From assembly GCF_001194135.2 (NCBI RefSeq), contig NC_068992.1, positions 66,152,050 through 66,216,049 of the forward strand: a stretch of DNA of 64,000 nucleotides. Reading direction: 5' to 3'. The stretch comes from Octopus bimaculoides (taxonomy: Eukaryota). The position numbers and the translations under genes are program-made. Below, piece after piece: positions 38,005 through 50,400 of this stretch; position 1 is the stretch's first letter, and every line of letters starts with the position of its first letter. The notes beneath the pieces are model-generated. The model was given only the letters and a program-made list of their open reading frames with translations. It ran no database searches and was not told where the DNA came from.

Positions 38005-41000
38005 AAGAGAGTCCTCACCTTTAGGGTTCTGCAACCATAGTTGGTCAATATAGTAATCGAGACAGCTGAGGATTTCCTTGTCATTGTATTTTGGAACATA
38101 CACTGGGATGAAGGGTTCCAATAACTCAAAGGCCTTGAAAAGAATAAAATATAACGGTGTATGCAAATTATATATATTTGTGTGTGTGTGAAACATTGTC
38201 CCTAGGGTCATGTACAAGGGAAGTAACTCTGAGTGGAAGTCAAATCAAATCATGACATGTTTAACCCATGCCAGCATGGAAAAATAGACATAAAAACAAT
38301 GACAATGATGATGGTGATAGCAATAGTTATAGAAATTACTTGAGTTAAACTTTGGTTCAGTTCAGAAAGATGCGATTTGTAGTCACAGGGTAGCTATGGC
38401 AATCAGAGAAGCATAAAGAGAATGTGAGTAAAACTGTGAAGAATATAAATGGATATTTGTTCACAAAGGTTATGACAAGATGAATATGGGTCCATCATTA
38501 TATAATCGATTTGACAGTATCATTGCTTGTCACTGATTGGTTATCGTAATCTGCGGAATAAATGTTATACCAATAACTCCATTCTTCACTTGTTACGTCT
38601 TCATCATCATCATCATTGTTTAATGTCCGCCTTCCGTGTTGGCATGGGTTGGACGGTTTGACAGGAGCTAGCCAGACATAAGACTGCACCAGACTTGTGT
38701 GTCTATTTTGGCACTGTTTTTACAGTTGGATGCCCTTCCTAACACCGACCACCTATCAGAGAAAAGAGATGACACGGGAAAAATAATGGTTATGCTATGA
38801 ACATCACCAGCTTACAGCTATCTCTGCAATAAGATGAAGTGGAATCTTAGTTGAGAGCCAAAACATCCTATGGCTTCATCGAAGCCTCAAATATGATGTG
38901 CATTTTATTGGTGGAAAAAACAATTACATTTTTGCAATATACAGGGAAGGCATTCCAAGTGAGAAAGTCATTGCTGACAAATATAAAAGTCTACGTCCAA
39001 GCGGCAATTAGATTTACTGGTAGAGAAAGTAGAAAAAACAGGAAAAATATATGTATATATAGACATGTGCACACACATGTAAAAACGTGTGCAGACACAT
39101 ATATACATATGATATCATGGTTACAGATGCAGTATTATATACACAATGAGTATTTAATCAGCAGCAGCATCATTTCTGAAAAGAACTTCACAAAAACACT
39201 ACCACAATTTTTGTATGGTTTACCTCAGATAATTAATATTCATGAATTAAAATGATTAATATTCATGAATTAAAATAATGTTCTCAGAGGATTGGAATAG
39301 TTTCACACATTTCTTCAACTTGAAAAATGATTTCACACAATGTTTATTAGCATGGTTCAAGGTTTTGCTGAGGATTTTAGTGGCTGTATAAAAAATAGGG
39401 CATTTGCAATTCCTTCACAATTCCTGAAAACAAATAAGCTTTTTAGAGAATTAGATCAAAAACTAACACGACCCTATTTTTGCTTTTTAATGACTTTGAC
39501 CAGGAAGGGCAGTCCTATCACTTTTTAGTGTTCTTCTGACAGATGAGATGAAGTTTTGCCAGGCTGTAGATCTGGCCAAAAATGCCCTCAAGGGTCAGGA
39601 TGGGAGGCAGGTGTTAAACTGGACAACAGATTGTCTACCATCTAAAAAACAGGAATGACCTCTCATTGGAGAATTTCTCTTACAGAAATTTCACTAACAG
39701 TATTAAGGTCAATCAGAAGTAATTAAAGAAGAGTCTTGCCCAAGGATTGAACTCAGAGCCAGATAGTTGCGAAAGGCTTTATTAGCAATCCACATCCTTA
39801 ATTTGAAAATGTGAGTATTTGTTGATGTTTTTGTAGTGAAATCTGACGGGAGCAATGATGTCATGTGAGAAATAATTGAAAGAGGAAATTCCATGTCTTA
39901 TGAAATAAATAAATAAACATTTCCTTATACAAATCAAACGGTACATATTCCAAAAAAAAAAAAGAAATAAGAAATAAAAAGAAACTACAAACAATAGATA
40001 TGAATGATATTGATGTAGGCTCTCGTTGCAAGGGAGATTATCTCCCTTACAACCTTTCTCTGTATTCAGGAGATTTATAAGGTCACATTAGAGAGATGTG
40101 ATGCTGAGAAGTTAAGTCTTTTAACTTTTTATTGAATTGCTGGCGATAGTTGCATGGAAGGCTGTCCTAGTTAGATCAACAAGAAGGACTTGAATTCAGC
40201 ACTGCCGGATCACAAAACAAACCAGCATCAATTTTGCTGTTTCTTGAAGCTACAAACTCTTATTAGATCAACCCAGACAATAATGGGTTAACTTCATTGA
40301 ACATTATTCTTAATCCGTCAGCATTTAAATTGGCCATATGAGGCCCAAATACACTGATGCCAGGCCCGCCTGACTGGCACCTGTGCCAGTGGCACATAAA
40401 AAGCACCCACTACACTCTCGGAGTGGTTGGCATTAGGAAGGGCATCCAGCTGTAGAAACATTGCCCAACCAGAATGGAGCCTGGTGCAGCCGCTGGCTTT
40501 GCAGACCTCAGTCAAACCGTCCAACCCATGCCAGCATGGAAAACGGACATTTAAACGATGATGATGATATATATTATATATATACCCAGATGGATTAGCC
40601 TGAAAGCCAATATTTATATACTATATATATATATCTTTAGGCTTTCACTGCATACATGCCAGCTCAATTTGATTCGTTTTCTGTCGAAAGACGCCTGTTG
40701 TTATTTCTTGTTTGTATTCGTAATTGTGTACCTTGTTCTCCAGTTTTTTTTCGTTTATTTTTTGTTTTTGTTACCGTACACATTCACTAGCTTTCTTACA
40801 AAGGGGTCTAATGCTCTTAGCTTAGACTTTTTGGAGGACAACCAATTCAAACCATCTCAAGTGTAACTGCCTGAAATGGTCGTGACTTCTGGAACTTGAC
40901 TGAGGAAAGAAAGCCATGAATGGCCCGTCTTTTTTTGCCTGTCCTTCTAATTGTTGTTTCTCTTGTCTGCCTTTGTGTCGTCTGTCTGTCCAAATGTTTT

Positions 41001-41027
41001 AATGCCCTCTATTGCGTTTTTGTTCCA

Positions 41028-41096
<69 letters not shown>

Positions 41097-42590
41097 ACTC
41101 AGATAGATCTACCTGACAGCTACTCATTCACACACACAGACAAATAGAAAAGTGTACCTCTTTCTGAAGAAGGTAGTGTGGTGTGCACTTCTTGCGTTGG
41201 TCACTTGGATTGGCTACAATATCCACAATTCCAACAACAATACCATTGCACTGAAAAGGAGAAAGAGAGAAGTTTGTGTTATGTGTGAAATACAACAACA
41301 AACTGAGAGAGAGATAGACTTATTAGAATTGACATAGATTCCTCAAGAAATGTCCAATACATTATGAGAGGAAAGGTGGTGGGGGTCATGGTGATGTTGG
41401 GGATGAATTCTTTGCAACAAATTTGATTTATCTCTCCTTAGAATGTCAGTGTGCATACATGACAGAGTGTAAGTGCCTTGAGAGAAAAGTTGGACATAAG
41501 AAGCACCAGATGTGGTGTGCAAGAGAGACGACTGCACTGGTATGGACATGTGGTGAGGATGGATGAGGACAGCTCTTCCATACGCTCACTGCTCTGCTGA
41601 TTTTGTGAATCCAACGTCATCTACCCACTGCTAACAATGAAGAAGATAGAAAAGAGGAGGAAATGAGGTTGGTTGTGGAATAAAGAAAAAGAAGTTAAAA
41701 TAAATAAAACAGAAAGAGTATTTTGGAAAGATTGGAATAGGTAAAGACATGCAAACACATACACGCACACACATATAGAGAAAGAGACACACATACACAT
41801 ATAGATACATACAAGCATATATATATAAATATATACACACACACATACAGATACATACAAGCATATATATATATAAATATATACACATACATACAGATAC
41901 ATACAAGCATGTATATATATGTATTATGTATATATATATATATANNNNNNNNNNNNNNNNNNNNNNNNNNNNNNNNNNNNNNNNNNNNNNNNNNNNNNNN
42001 NNNNNNNNNNNNNNNNNNNNNNNNNNNNNNNNNNNNNNNNNNNNNNNNNNNNNNNNNNNNNNNNNNNNNNNNNNNNNNNNNNNNNNNNNNNNNNNNNNNN
42101 NNNNNNNNNNNNNNNNNNNNNNNNNNNNNNNNNNNNNNNNNNNNNNNNNNNNNNNNNNNNNNNNNNNNNNNNNNNNNNNNNNNNNNNNNNNNNNNNNNNN
42201 NNNNNNNNNNNNNNNNNNNNNNNNNNNNNNNNNNNNNNNNNNNNNNNNNNNNNNNNNNNNNNNNNNNNNNNNNNNNNNNNNNNNNNNNNNNNNNNNNNNN
42301 NNNNNNNNNNNNNNNNNNNNNNNNNNNNNNNNNNNNNNNNNNNNNNNNNNNNNNNAAAGGAGGAAAAAATAAGAAAAGGAAAAGATGGAAAAGGAAGAAA
42401 AAAGAATTGAAAAAGGAAATTCTATATAAAAAGGAGGTGAAAGAAGAGAGGGAAAAGAAGGCGAAACCCCACCCAAACAAGAATGGTAAATTGGCAGCAG
42501 ATGACAATTCTTTAGAGAAAATAATAACAACATAACAGAGGGAAAAAAACAATATACAATTCTGTTAAACTACATGTACACATGTATGTA

Positions 42591-42635
<45 letters not shown>

Positions 42636-42953
42636 TGACAGCCATCTCTCACTCACTGAGCGACATCTCTGTACCCCACACATAAACATACACATGCAGT
42701 AGGCAACGTTTCACACCTCATCACTAGTGCCATGTTGTCCTAACAAGCAAAAGTTACTGTTCTATAACTTACAGCCAGAAACAGTAACACAACTGTCTAT
42801 CTGAGAAGTGTTTGGGTAACGTGAAGAATTTGATTCCAATCTGCTAGAAACAAAGTTGCCATGGATACGACACTAATGTGGAGACAAAGCTTCCAAATCA
42901 AATGGTGCCTGTGTAAACCAATATACTACAAGAACCACACACACACATCATGC

Positions 42954-43006
<53 letters not shown>

Positions 43007-45400
43007 TGTGTACCAGTGTAAAACAGTATGACAAGTTGCATGTTATGCCAAAAAAAGGTAACTTAGCTACTTGAAATAGAGGTTATCCCTACTGTCATCA
43101 GAGCATTGGGTTCAATACCACCCAACCTGAAATAACATCTGAAAACCTTAGAGATACCCTACAATTTAGATGTATTGCAAAAGTCAGCATTCCTTGGAAC
43201 TGCATGCATATTGCGTCAAGTACTGTCTGTTTGAGATCCTTGTTGTGACTTGACAAACAGTACAAACCCCCGGTAGACAAAATATCTCAATCAACAACCT
43301 CACAATATTGAAAAGAAGAGGCATGCTTGTCTCAATTGAAAAGCCTTTCTGACTGAGGACGCTCATGCCATCAGGGTTGACCTAGGGCTAAAATAGCAAC
43401 ATAGCAACAGCACTAACAGAGAGTTACTATGTAGTCAAATGATCTATTAGAAATAGCAGCTAAATTCTCCTCAAATCACACTCTACTTTAAAAAGTAGGG
43501 GCACACTGGATAATACAATGTGAGATATATTTATATGTGGGAAAAAAAAGTGAAGATGGCCATGGTTGAGCTGTCAGGTTTATTGGATCAGGTTTAACCT
43601 GGGGCTACAAAATAAGGAAATAAAATCTCAATTTCTTACCCAATCATTTTTCAATATTTTCCTAAAATTGTGGAAAAGAGATATTTTATCACAGGATATC
43701 TGAAAGATTAAGATGGATTAATGTTGAATGTTTCTTTTGGCTGCAGAAAATACAACAAACAGTTCCAATAGCATCAAAGACAGACATTCAGGCATGTAAA
43801 GTGTTGACATTAAAAATCTCACACAGCAAACAACATCAATAGAAATAAGCAACTACGAGGGTGAGTCAAAAATTAATGCCATTTTGTTTAGGACAGGTAT
43901 AATTACCAACACAGGAACATGTATCATACATCAAAATGAAGCTGGTCCTCTGTGGATCACATCCCTACTTCTCAACATAGTCACCGTTTCTCTCAATAGC
44001 AATGTTCCACCATCAAATGAGAGCATGTATCCCTGCCCTTTAAAATTCTGTTGACTGTTCTTTGGGATGTAAGCAGATTCAATATTGATATGTGATGGAT
44101 GATGACAATGATGATGATGTATTTCTTCAGTCTCTCCCTTTGTCCCCAATTTCACCTCAGTGTCTCTCAGGTGTGTTCAATGTTCTTCCATGCAATCAAC
44201 CAGCATGACATACTAGGGTCTAGTTATCACATTATTAACTTCCTTTAGTTATCCACCGAGTAAAAGGTAAGACTAAATATTAAAATAAATCTATAAAACC
44301 CCGTCACATGATAAATATTGGGATTATCTTTTGGGAACCTCACTTAATGGCAGATGGAAACATTTCATGTAAAAGTCCTTCCTGGCCCCTGAGGGCCATT
44401 TTTTTCCTTGATTTCCTCTTCATAGCTGCAACTCTTCCTTAATATTAAACACATTAGCATAAATGTCTCCAGTGAATACCGTACGTCCATAACAGATTAA
44501 GGAATAAGGGAACAAATCACAATAGATTAAGATGGTTTTAGAGAATGAAGGAGCTTGTAACCATTGTCATCTATCAGAAATGATGAAAACGAAACAACAG
44601 ACAAGAAAACAGTAGCCTAGGGCGACACAACCGTGTGACAACATACGGTCACCACATGCTGTAGACTTTGTCTTTTGTGTCACTGCCAGGTCTCCCTTCC
44701 AGTCTCGTTCAGTGAAAGCAATGTTGTCCTCGACATCTTTCAACCAAATCTTGAATGTGAAATGAATCAGTGAACCTACCATTGAAACTTCCCATGAATG
44801 AGTTCTCCATAGAAAATGTTATCTGAATCAATAGCTTCCTATCACCTGACACCACAGTTCCTTCTGATCCACTCTCAAACAACTTAGGTGTGCCCCAGGG
44901 CTCAGTTTTTTCTCTCATACTCTCTTCCTTCTTCTCTACATCACTATGAAATCCAACAAAGCCCACTCTTATGAATTTCTAAAATTCACATTTTTTTCTC
45001 AGAACAGATATAACCTCACAGGTTTTTATGCACTCACCCTTGATATTAAAACAGTTCCCAACCTTTACTCTAAGTGGTGGATTGACATGTTAGAAACAGC
45101 AGCTAAATCTCCATTGCACCCTACTTCAAAAATAAATGAAACATTTGCATCATCCTCTTTTAACATTCACTTTTCCATGCCAATGTGGGCCGGATGAGAG
45201 TTTGTCAAGATAGAATTTCTATGGTTGGATGCTCTTCTAGACACCAACCTTTACCTGCTTCCAAGACAGGTAATACCTATTGATCAAAGAACAACTTAGA
45301 CATGCTTTTAAATGGCACTGTATATAGGAATGGTGACTCTTTGTTTACAATGAACACATATGGCAAGACAACACTTCACACACATACACACACACACTTG

Positions 45401-45432
<32 letters not shown>

Positions 45433-47233
45433 TGATGGGTTTTTTCAGTTTCTATCTTACCAAACTTCATTCATAAAGTATTGTTCAGTCTACGGCTATG
45501 GCAGAGGTCACCAGCTGACAGCATCAACAGAGCAGGAGTGAGCCCCAAATCATGTAGTTCTGAAATAAACCAGTTAACCCCAACACAGCCATGCCACATA
45601 TGCCCTACACTGAACAACAACAGCATGATAGACTAAATATTTGATAAACTTACATAGTCTTTATTCTCGTCTTTGACGCTAGTTGTGCCCCAGAGTCCAT
45701 TCACACCATCAACAGCTACCAGGACACGATGTCTGTGGAGAGATAAATGCAATCTGAATTATATACACACACACACACACACAATCCATAAACATACATA
45801 CTATCTTCTCTCTCTCCCACACACAGGTATATAATTTGACACCTGCATATATACACAACTAGTCACCTAAACTTGACACTTGCATATGTGTGTGTATAAT
45901 GTATTTATCATCATCATCATCGTTAAACGTCTGTTTTCCATGATGGCATAGGTTGGACGGTCCCCGAGTCAGTCAGGTGGCACTGGCATCGACCACATTC
46001 GGATGGTGCTTTTTATGTGACACAAGACACATCCATTTAATCATACACAGTGTCTGCCACAAACCACGTACATTAGTACACGTCACACACACACAACTGG
46101 GAGACCCACAATTCACTGTTGGCATAATCGCATAATGTCTGCAATGATAAAATATTTTTAATGTGTTTCACAATGTTGCTTACTTCTTCTCAGAAGCTGA
46201 TTTCTTTACTTCTTTCAGAATAATCCCCACAGCATCACTGGCATATCTTGGTCTTGCTAAACCCTGGAATTATAAATAAAAAGTCAAATGAAAAAAAAAA
46301 AAAAAAAAACCTAAATAGAGACTTGGAATAAAGTAAATGACATTTGACATTACAGGTAGAAACTAACTTTTTTGGTTTTTGTTCGAGGAGGAGGAATGAT
46401 AGCAGCACTGAACATTTTCAAAACCTCCAAGAATGATGGGAGGAAGTTATCCTCAGATCAAATATCTGGTCATAATTCAGGGAACAAAATGGATTCTTCA
46501 ACTGAAGCTACCTAAGAGTCAAGTGTTGGAGAGAAACTGGTCGACAGAATATATCCCCAGCCTCAAACCTTTCCGTTAGATTCTCACACACTTTCCATCA
46601 ACTACATTTCACTCAAGACATTAACTGACCTAAGGCTGTAGTAGAAGATACTTGTCCAAGGTGCCACACATTGGGATTGGATCCTAAACCTCAGGTGAAC
46701 ACCTTAACCCCACAGCTATGCCTGTGCCCATACTGACTGCACTGTTACCCTTTTTCAACCTCTCCAAATTGGGGCAGATAATATTTAATACTATTTAAAT
46801 GAAATTCAAAACCTTAGCAGGTGATCCCTCAAAAGATTTCAAGGAACAAAGAAGAATAGTTGAATGTATTTTAATTTCCATTTGAAAAACATATTACAAT
46901 AAAAATAAAGATAATCATTATAATATATAAATAAATATATATATGGAGTAAAGATTGTTTGCCAACATAACATGGCAGTCCTGGTTTAGGACAAATGTTG
47001 CTGGAATTTAGCCCCAGGAGGCACAGAACACAATGAATCAAGAAGTGCTGCAATGCATTTGGTCCGATGTGCTATCGATTTTACCAGCTTGCCACCTTAA
47101 TTATAATAAGTGGAGTTTTGGTTTAGGGAAAGAGAAATGAAGAAGTAGAACTATTCTTATCAAGTAGTCATAAAGGTTCCTAATTTCAGCACAAGAGCAC
47201 AAACGCCAATTCAATTTGTAAGTATTTACTTTT

Positions 47234-47269
<36 letters not shown>

Positions 47270-47452
47270 GTGTGTGTGCGTGACATTAGTTTGACAAATC
47301 TAGAAGTTAGTTTCAATTCCCTGGAACCAAATCTCAGTCCCATATCACATTATTATTACACTTTATCTTAAGATAAGATAATTCCCTAGAATCAAATCTC
47401 AGATTTGATTCCAGGGAATTGAAACTAACTTCTAGATTTGTCAAACTAATGT

Positions 47453-47484
<32 letters not shown>

Positions 47485-50400
47485 AATACTTACAAATTGA
47501 ATTAATTCAGATAACGTAGTTCCTTCTTCAGCAGATTCTCGTTTACTCCAGATATACTTTGAGGTAGTCTGAAAAATATATAAACACAATCACATTATAA
47601 ATATATATACATACACTCACAGACATATACACACATATAAAATGCATATACACATAACATATTGTGGACGGACACACACACATGTACATTACATATAAAT
47701 TTATACACAGACACACATAACATATTGTAGACACATACACATTACACACAAACACATATATATGTATATATATAAATATATACACATATGTACATTACAT
47801 ATGCACACACGTAACAGAGAGAGAGAGAGAGAGAGAGAGATACAGGCAGACAAAAGGAAAACATATGTACAGCATTAAAAAAACTTCTCACTGTCTCAGA
47901 TTTCCTTCTGCAGCTCAGCCTCTCCACAAACAAAATAAAAAATAAAAACAGAAAATATATAAAAACACCCACATCTGTTCTCTATACAAAGTCATATTCC
48001 ATTTCTCTGCATGTTGATGCAACCAGATAAAAAAATAATAAAACTCCCTCCACCGAAACCTAAGTCAGCTCCTCACTGCTAGGGATATGTAGTGTCACAA
48101 CGACCAAACGGATAATTACTGGTATGGCACCAAGCAGCATTGCCTTCGTGACAAACTGACAGAATTACAGGAATGTAAACGAGATAAAGCATAGGCTTGC
48201 TGGTTTGGAATCTTGGTCAGATGCAACTTTGGTTTTTAACTAATTAATGATTTCAAATTTTGGCACAAGGCCAGCAATTTCAGGGAAGGGCATGCGTCAA
48301 TAACATCAACCCCACCGCTTAACTGGTACTTTTTTTGTCGATCCCAAAGGGACGAATGGTAAAGCCGACCTTGGTGGAATTTGATCTCAGTACATAAAGA
48401 CGAAACGCCAGTAAGCATTTTGGCCATGGTGCCAATGATTCTACTGGCTCACCATCTGATTTAACAAAGTAATAAAAACATTTTTATGAAGGAGCATCGC
48501 TTAGTGGTTAGGGTGTTCAGCTCGCAATTGTAAGACCAAGAGTTCAATTCCTGGTGGAGTGCTATTAAGGAACTAGCAGAGAAGCTTGGATTTGGTCATT
48601 CCACCATTCATCGACACCTGCCTGCGTGTCAGTCAGAAAATTGGATCAATAAAAATGTCAAACACTGAAGACAGTGGGTAGCAGGAGAAACACCAGCACC
48701 CCAGGCTAAAGAAGGTCTTCACCCAGGTCAGGTGTTGTTATCTGTTTGGTGGGATATGAAAGGTTTAGTCCACTTTGAACTTTTAAACCCAAATCAAATG
48801 ATAACAAAGGAGATCCACTGCAAGCAGCTTGAGCGGCTTCAGTCAGCGCTAGAATAGAGANNNNNNNNNNNNNNNNNNNNNNNNNNNNNNNNNNNNNNNN
48901 NNNNNNNNNNNNNNNNNNNNNNNNNNNNGAGAGAGAGAGAGAGGGAGAGGGAGAGAGAAAATTCTCATACCTTTATATCCTGTAGAAATTCTTCGTTCTG
49001 ACTCTTGAACAATTTCAACCAATCCACTGCTATGAGAGGGAAGTCAATTTGACCTGGTTTATATGTTGACATAGAGATTTCTCGCCAAGCCTTTTTCCAC
49101 ATTGATGCTGAAAAACAATGTTGATAATTTCTTATGTTGGCTGAAGGCAACAAATTCTTGAGTAGTGGGGGGTGGGGGGGTGGCTCATGGTTGGAGAACT
49201 GATCCCAGTAATTCATTACCATTTGTTATTTTATCAATCCGGTTGAGATTTGAACACGGAACAATAACAAAATACCAATATTTGATCTGGCATTCTCCTA
49301 TTTCTGCTGCACCACCACAACAAACAGTTTCATAGGTACAAGGCCAGATATTTGTTAAGAGGGGACAGGTGATTACATCGACCCCTGTAATTAACTGATA
49401 CATTACTTTACCTATCCTTTAAGAATGAAAGGTAAAGTTAATTTTGGTGGAATGTGAACTCAAAACTTAAAGGGCTAAGTTATAAACACCACAAGGTATT
49501 TTGTTTAGTATTCAGTTCTAATAATAATAATAATCCTTTCTACTGTAGGCACAAGGCCTGATTTTTCTCTGGGGAGGAGCGAGTTAATTATATCACCCCC
49601 AGTTGGTTATATTGACCAACTTGTACCTATTTTATTCACTACATCAGCCTCAGTAGAATTTGAAATCACAACGCAAAGACAGACAAAAGGCTGCTAACAA
49701 CTCTGCCAGCTTCCTGCCCAATCTAAAAAATGGTGGAAACATGAATTAAAGAGACTTTGTTGGTCAGGAAGTGGACAAAGTGGATTACTTAACTGCCAAG
49801 TGCCCAATATAGGTCAAACTTCGTGTGTGTGTGCGCGCGCGTGCGTGCGTGTGCATAACTATAGTTGAAATTTACAGAAAAACAAAAGACGAAGACAGGT
49901 GTATAAACAAGCAGGTGCATTAGTCTGATGCTCGGGAAGGTGAGAAAGTCTTTTATATTTCGAGCCTATGCTCTTCAACAGAAAGGACACGAGGAAATAA
50001 ACAGAGAGAGAATAAAGAAAACTTGTGGATTTAGCGGTCATTCATGCGCACACATATACGTACACTCATGTATAAAGAAAAGAGTATTCAATACATGTGG
50101 ACGTTAAATATTTGTATTAACAGTTTGACTTAGATAAGCAATTACTACAAGTTTCAAATATACTAAAGTATGTCTGATTACTTGAATTCAATAACAGCGA
50201 GTTGTAAGGCTGTCGTGGGTTCTAAATAAGGTTAAATATCATTGGATGATAATGAAGAAGGCTCTTATTAGATAGTTTGGATGATGTGGTGAAGTATGTA
50301 ATTTGACAAGGTGCTAGTGTCAGACAGCTGCTGGATGGGAGGCAACTCTGGCACAATAGATAGCAGCAATATCTTGCTTTCAGTGGAAATTCCAGCAGCA

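Noticed and set aside
40025-40053. 29-nt near-perfect palindrome GTTGCAAGGGAGAT-T-ATCTCCCTTACAAC; shorter ones near 20735, 24397 and 5235
   Set aside because: Too short and isolated to separate from chance or transposon-end debris.
40801-40936. Possible Pol III ncRNA ending in a T-run
   Set aside because: No recognisable snRNA, 7SK or 7SL motifs; more likely a repeat remnant.
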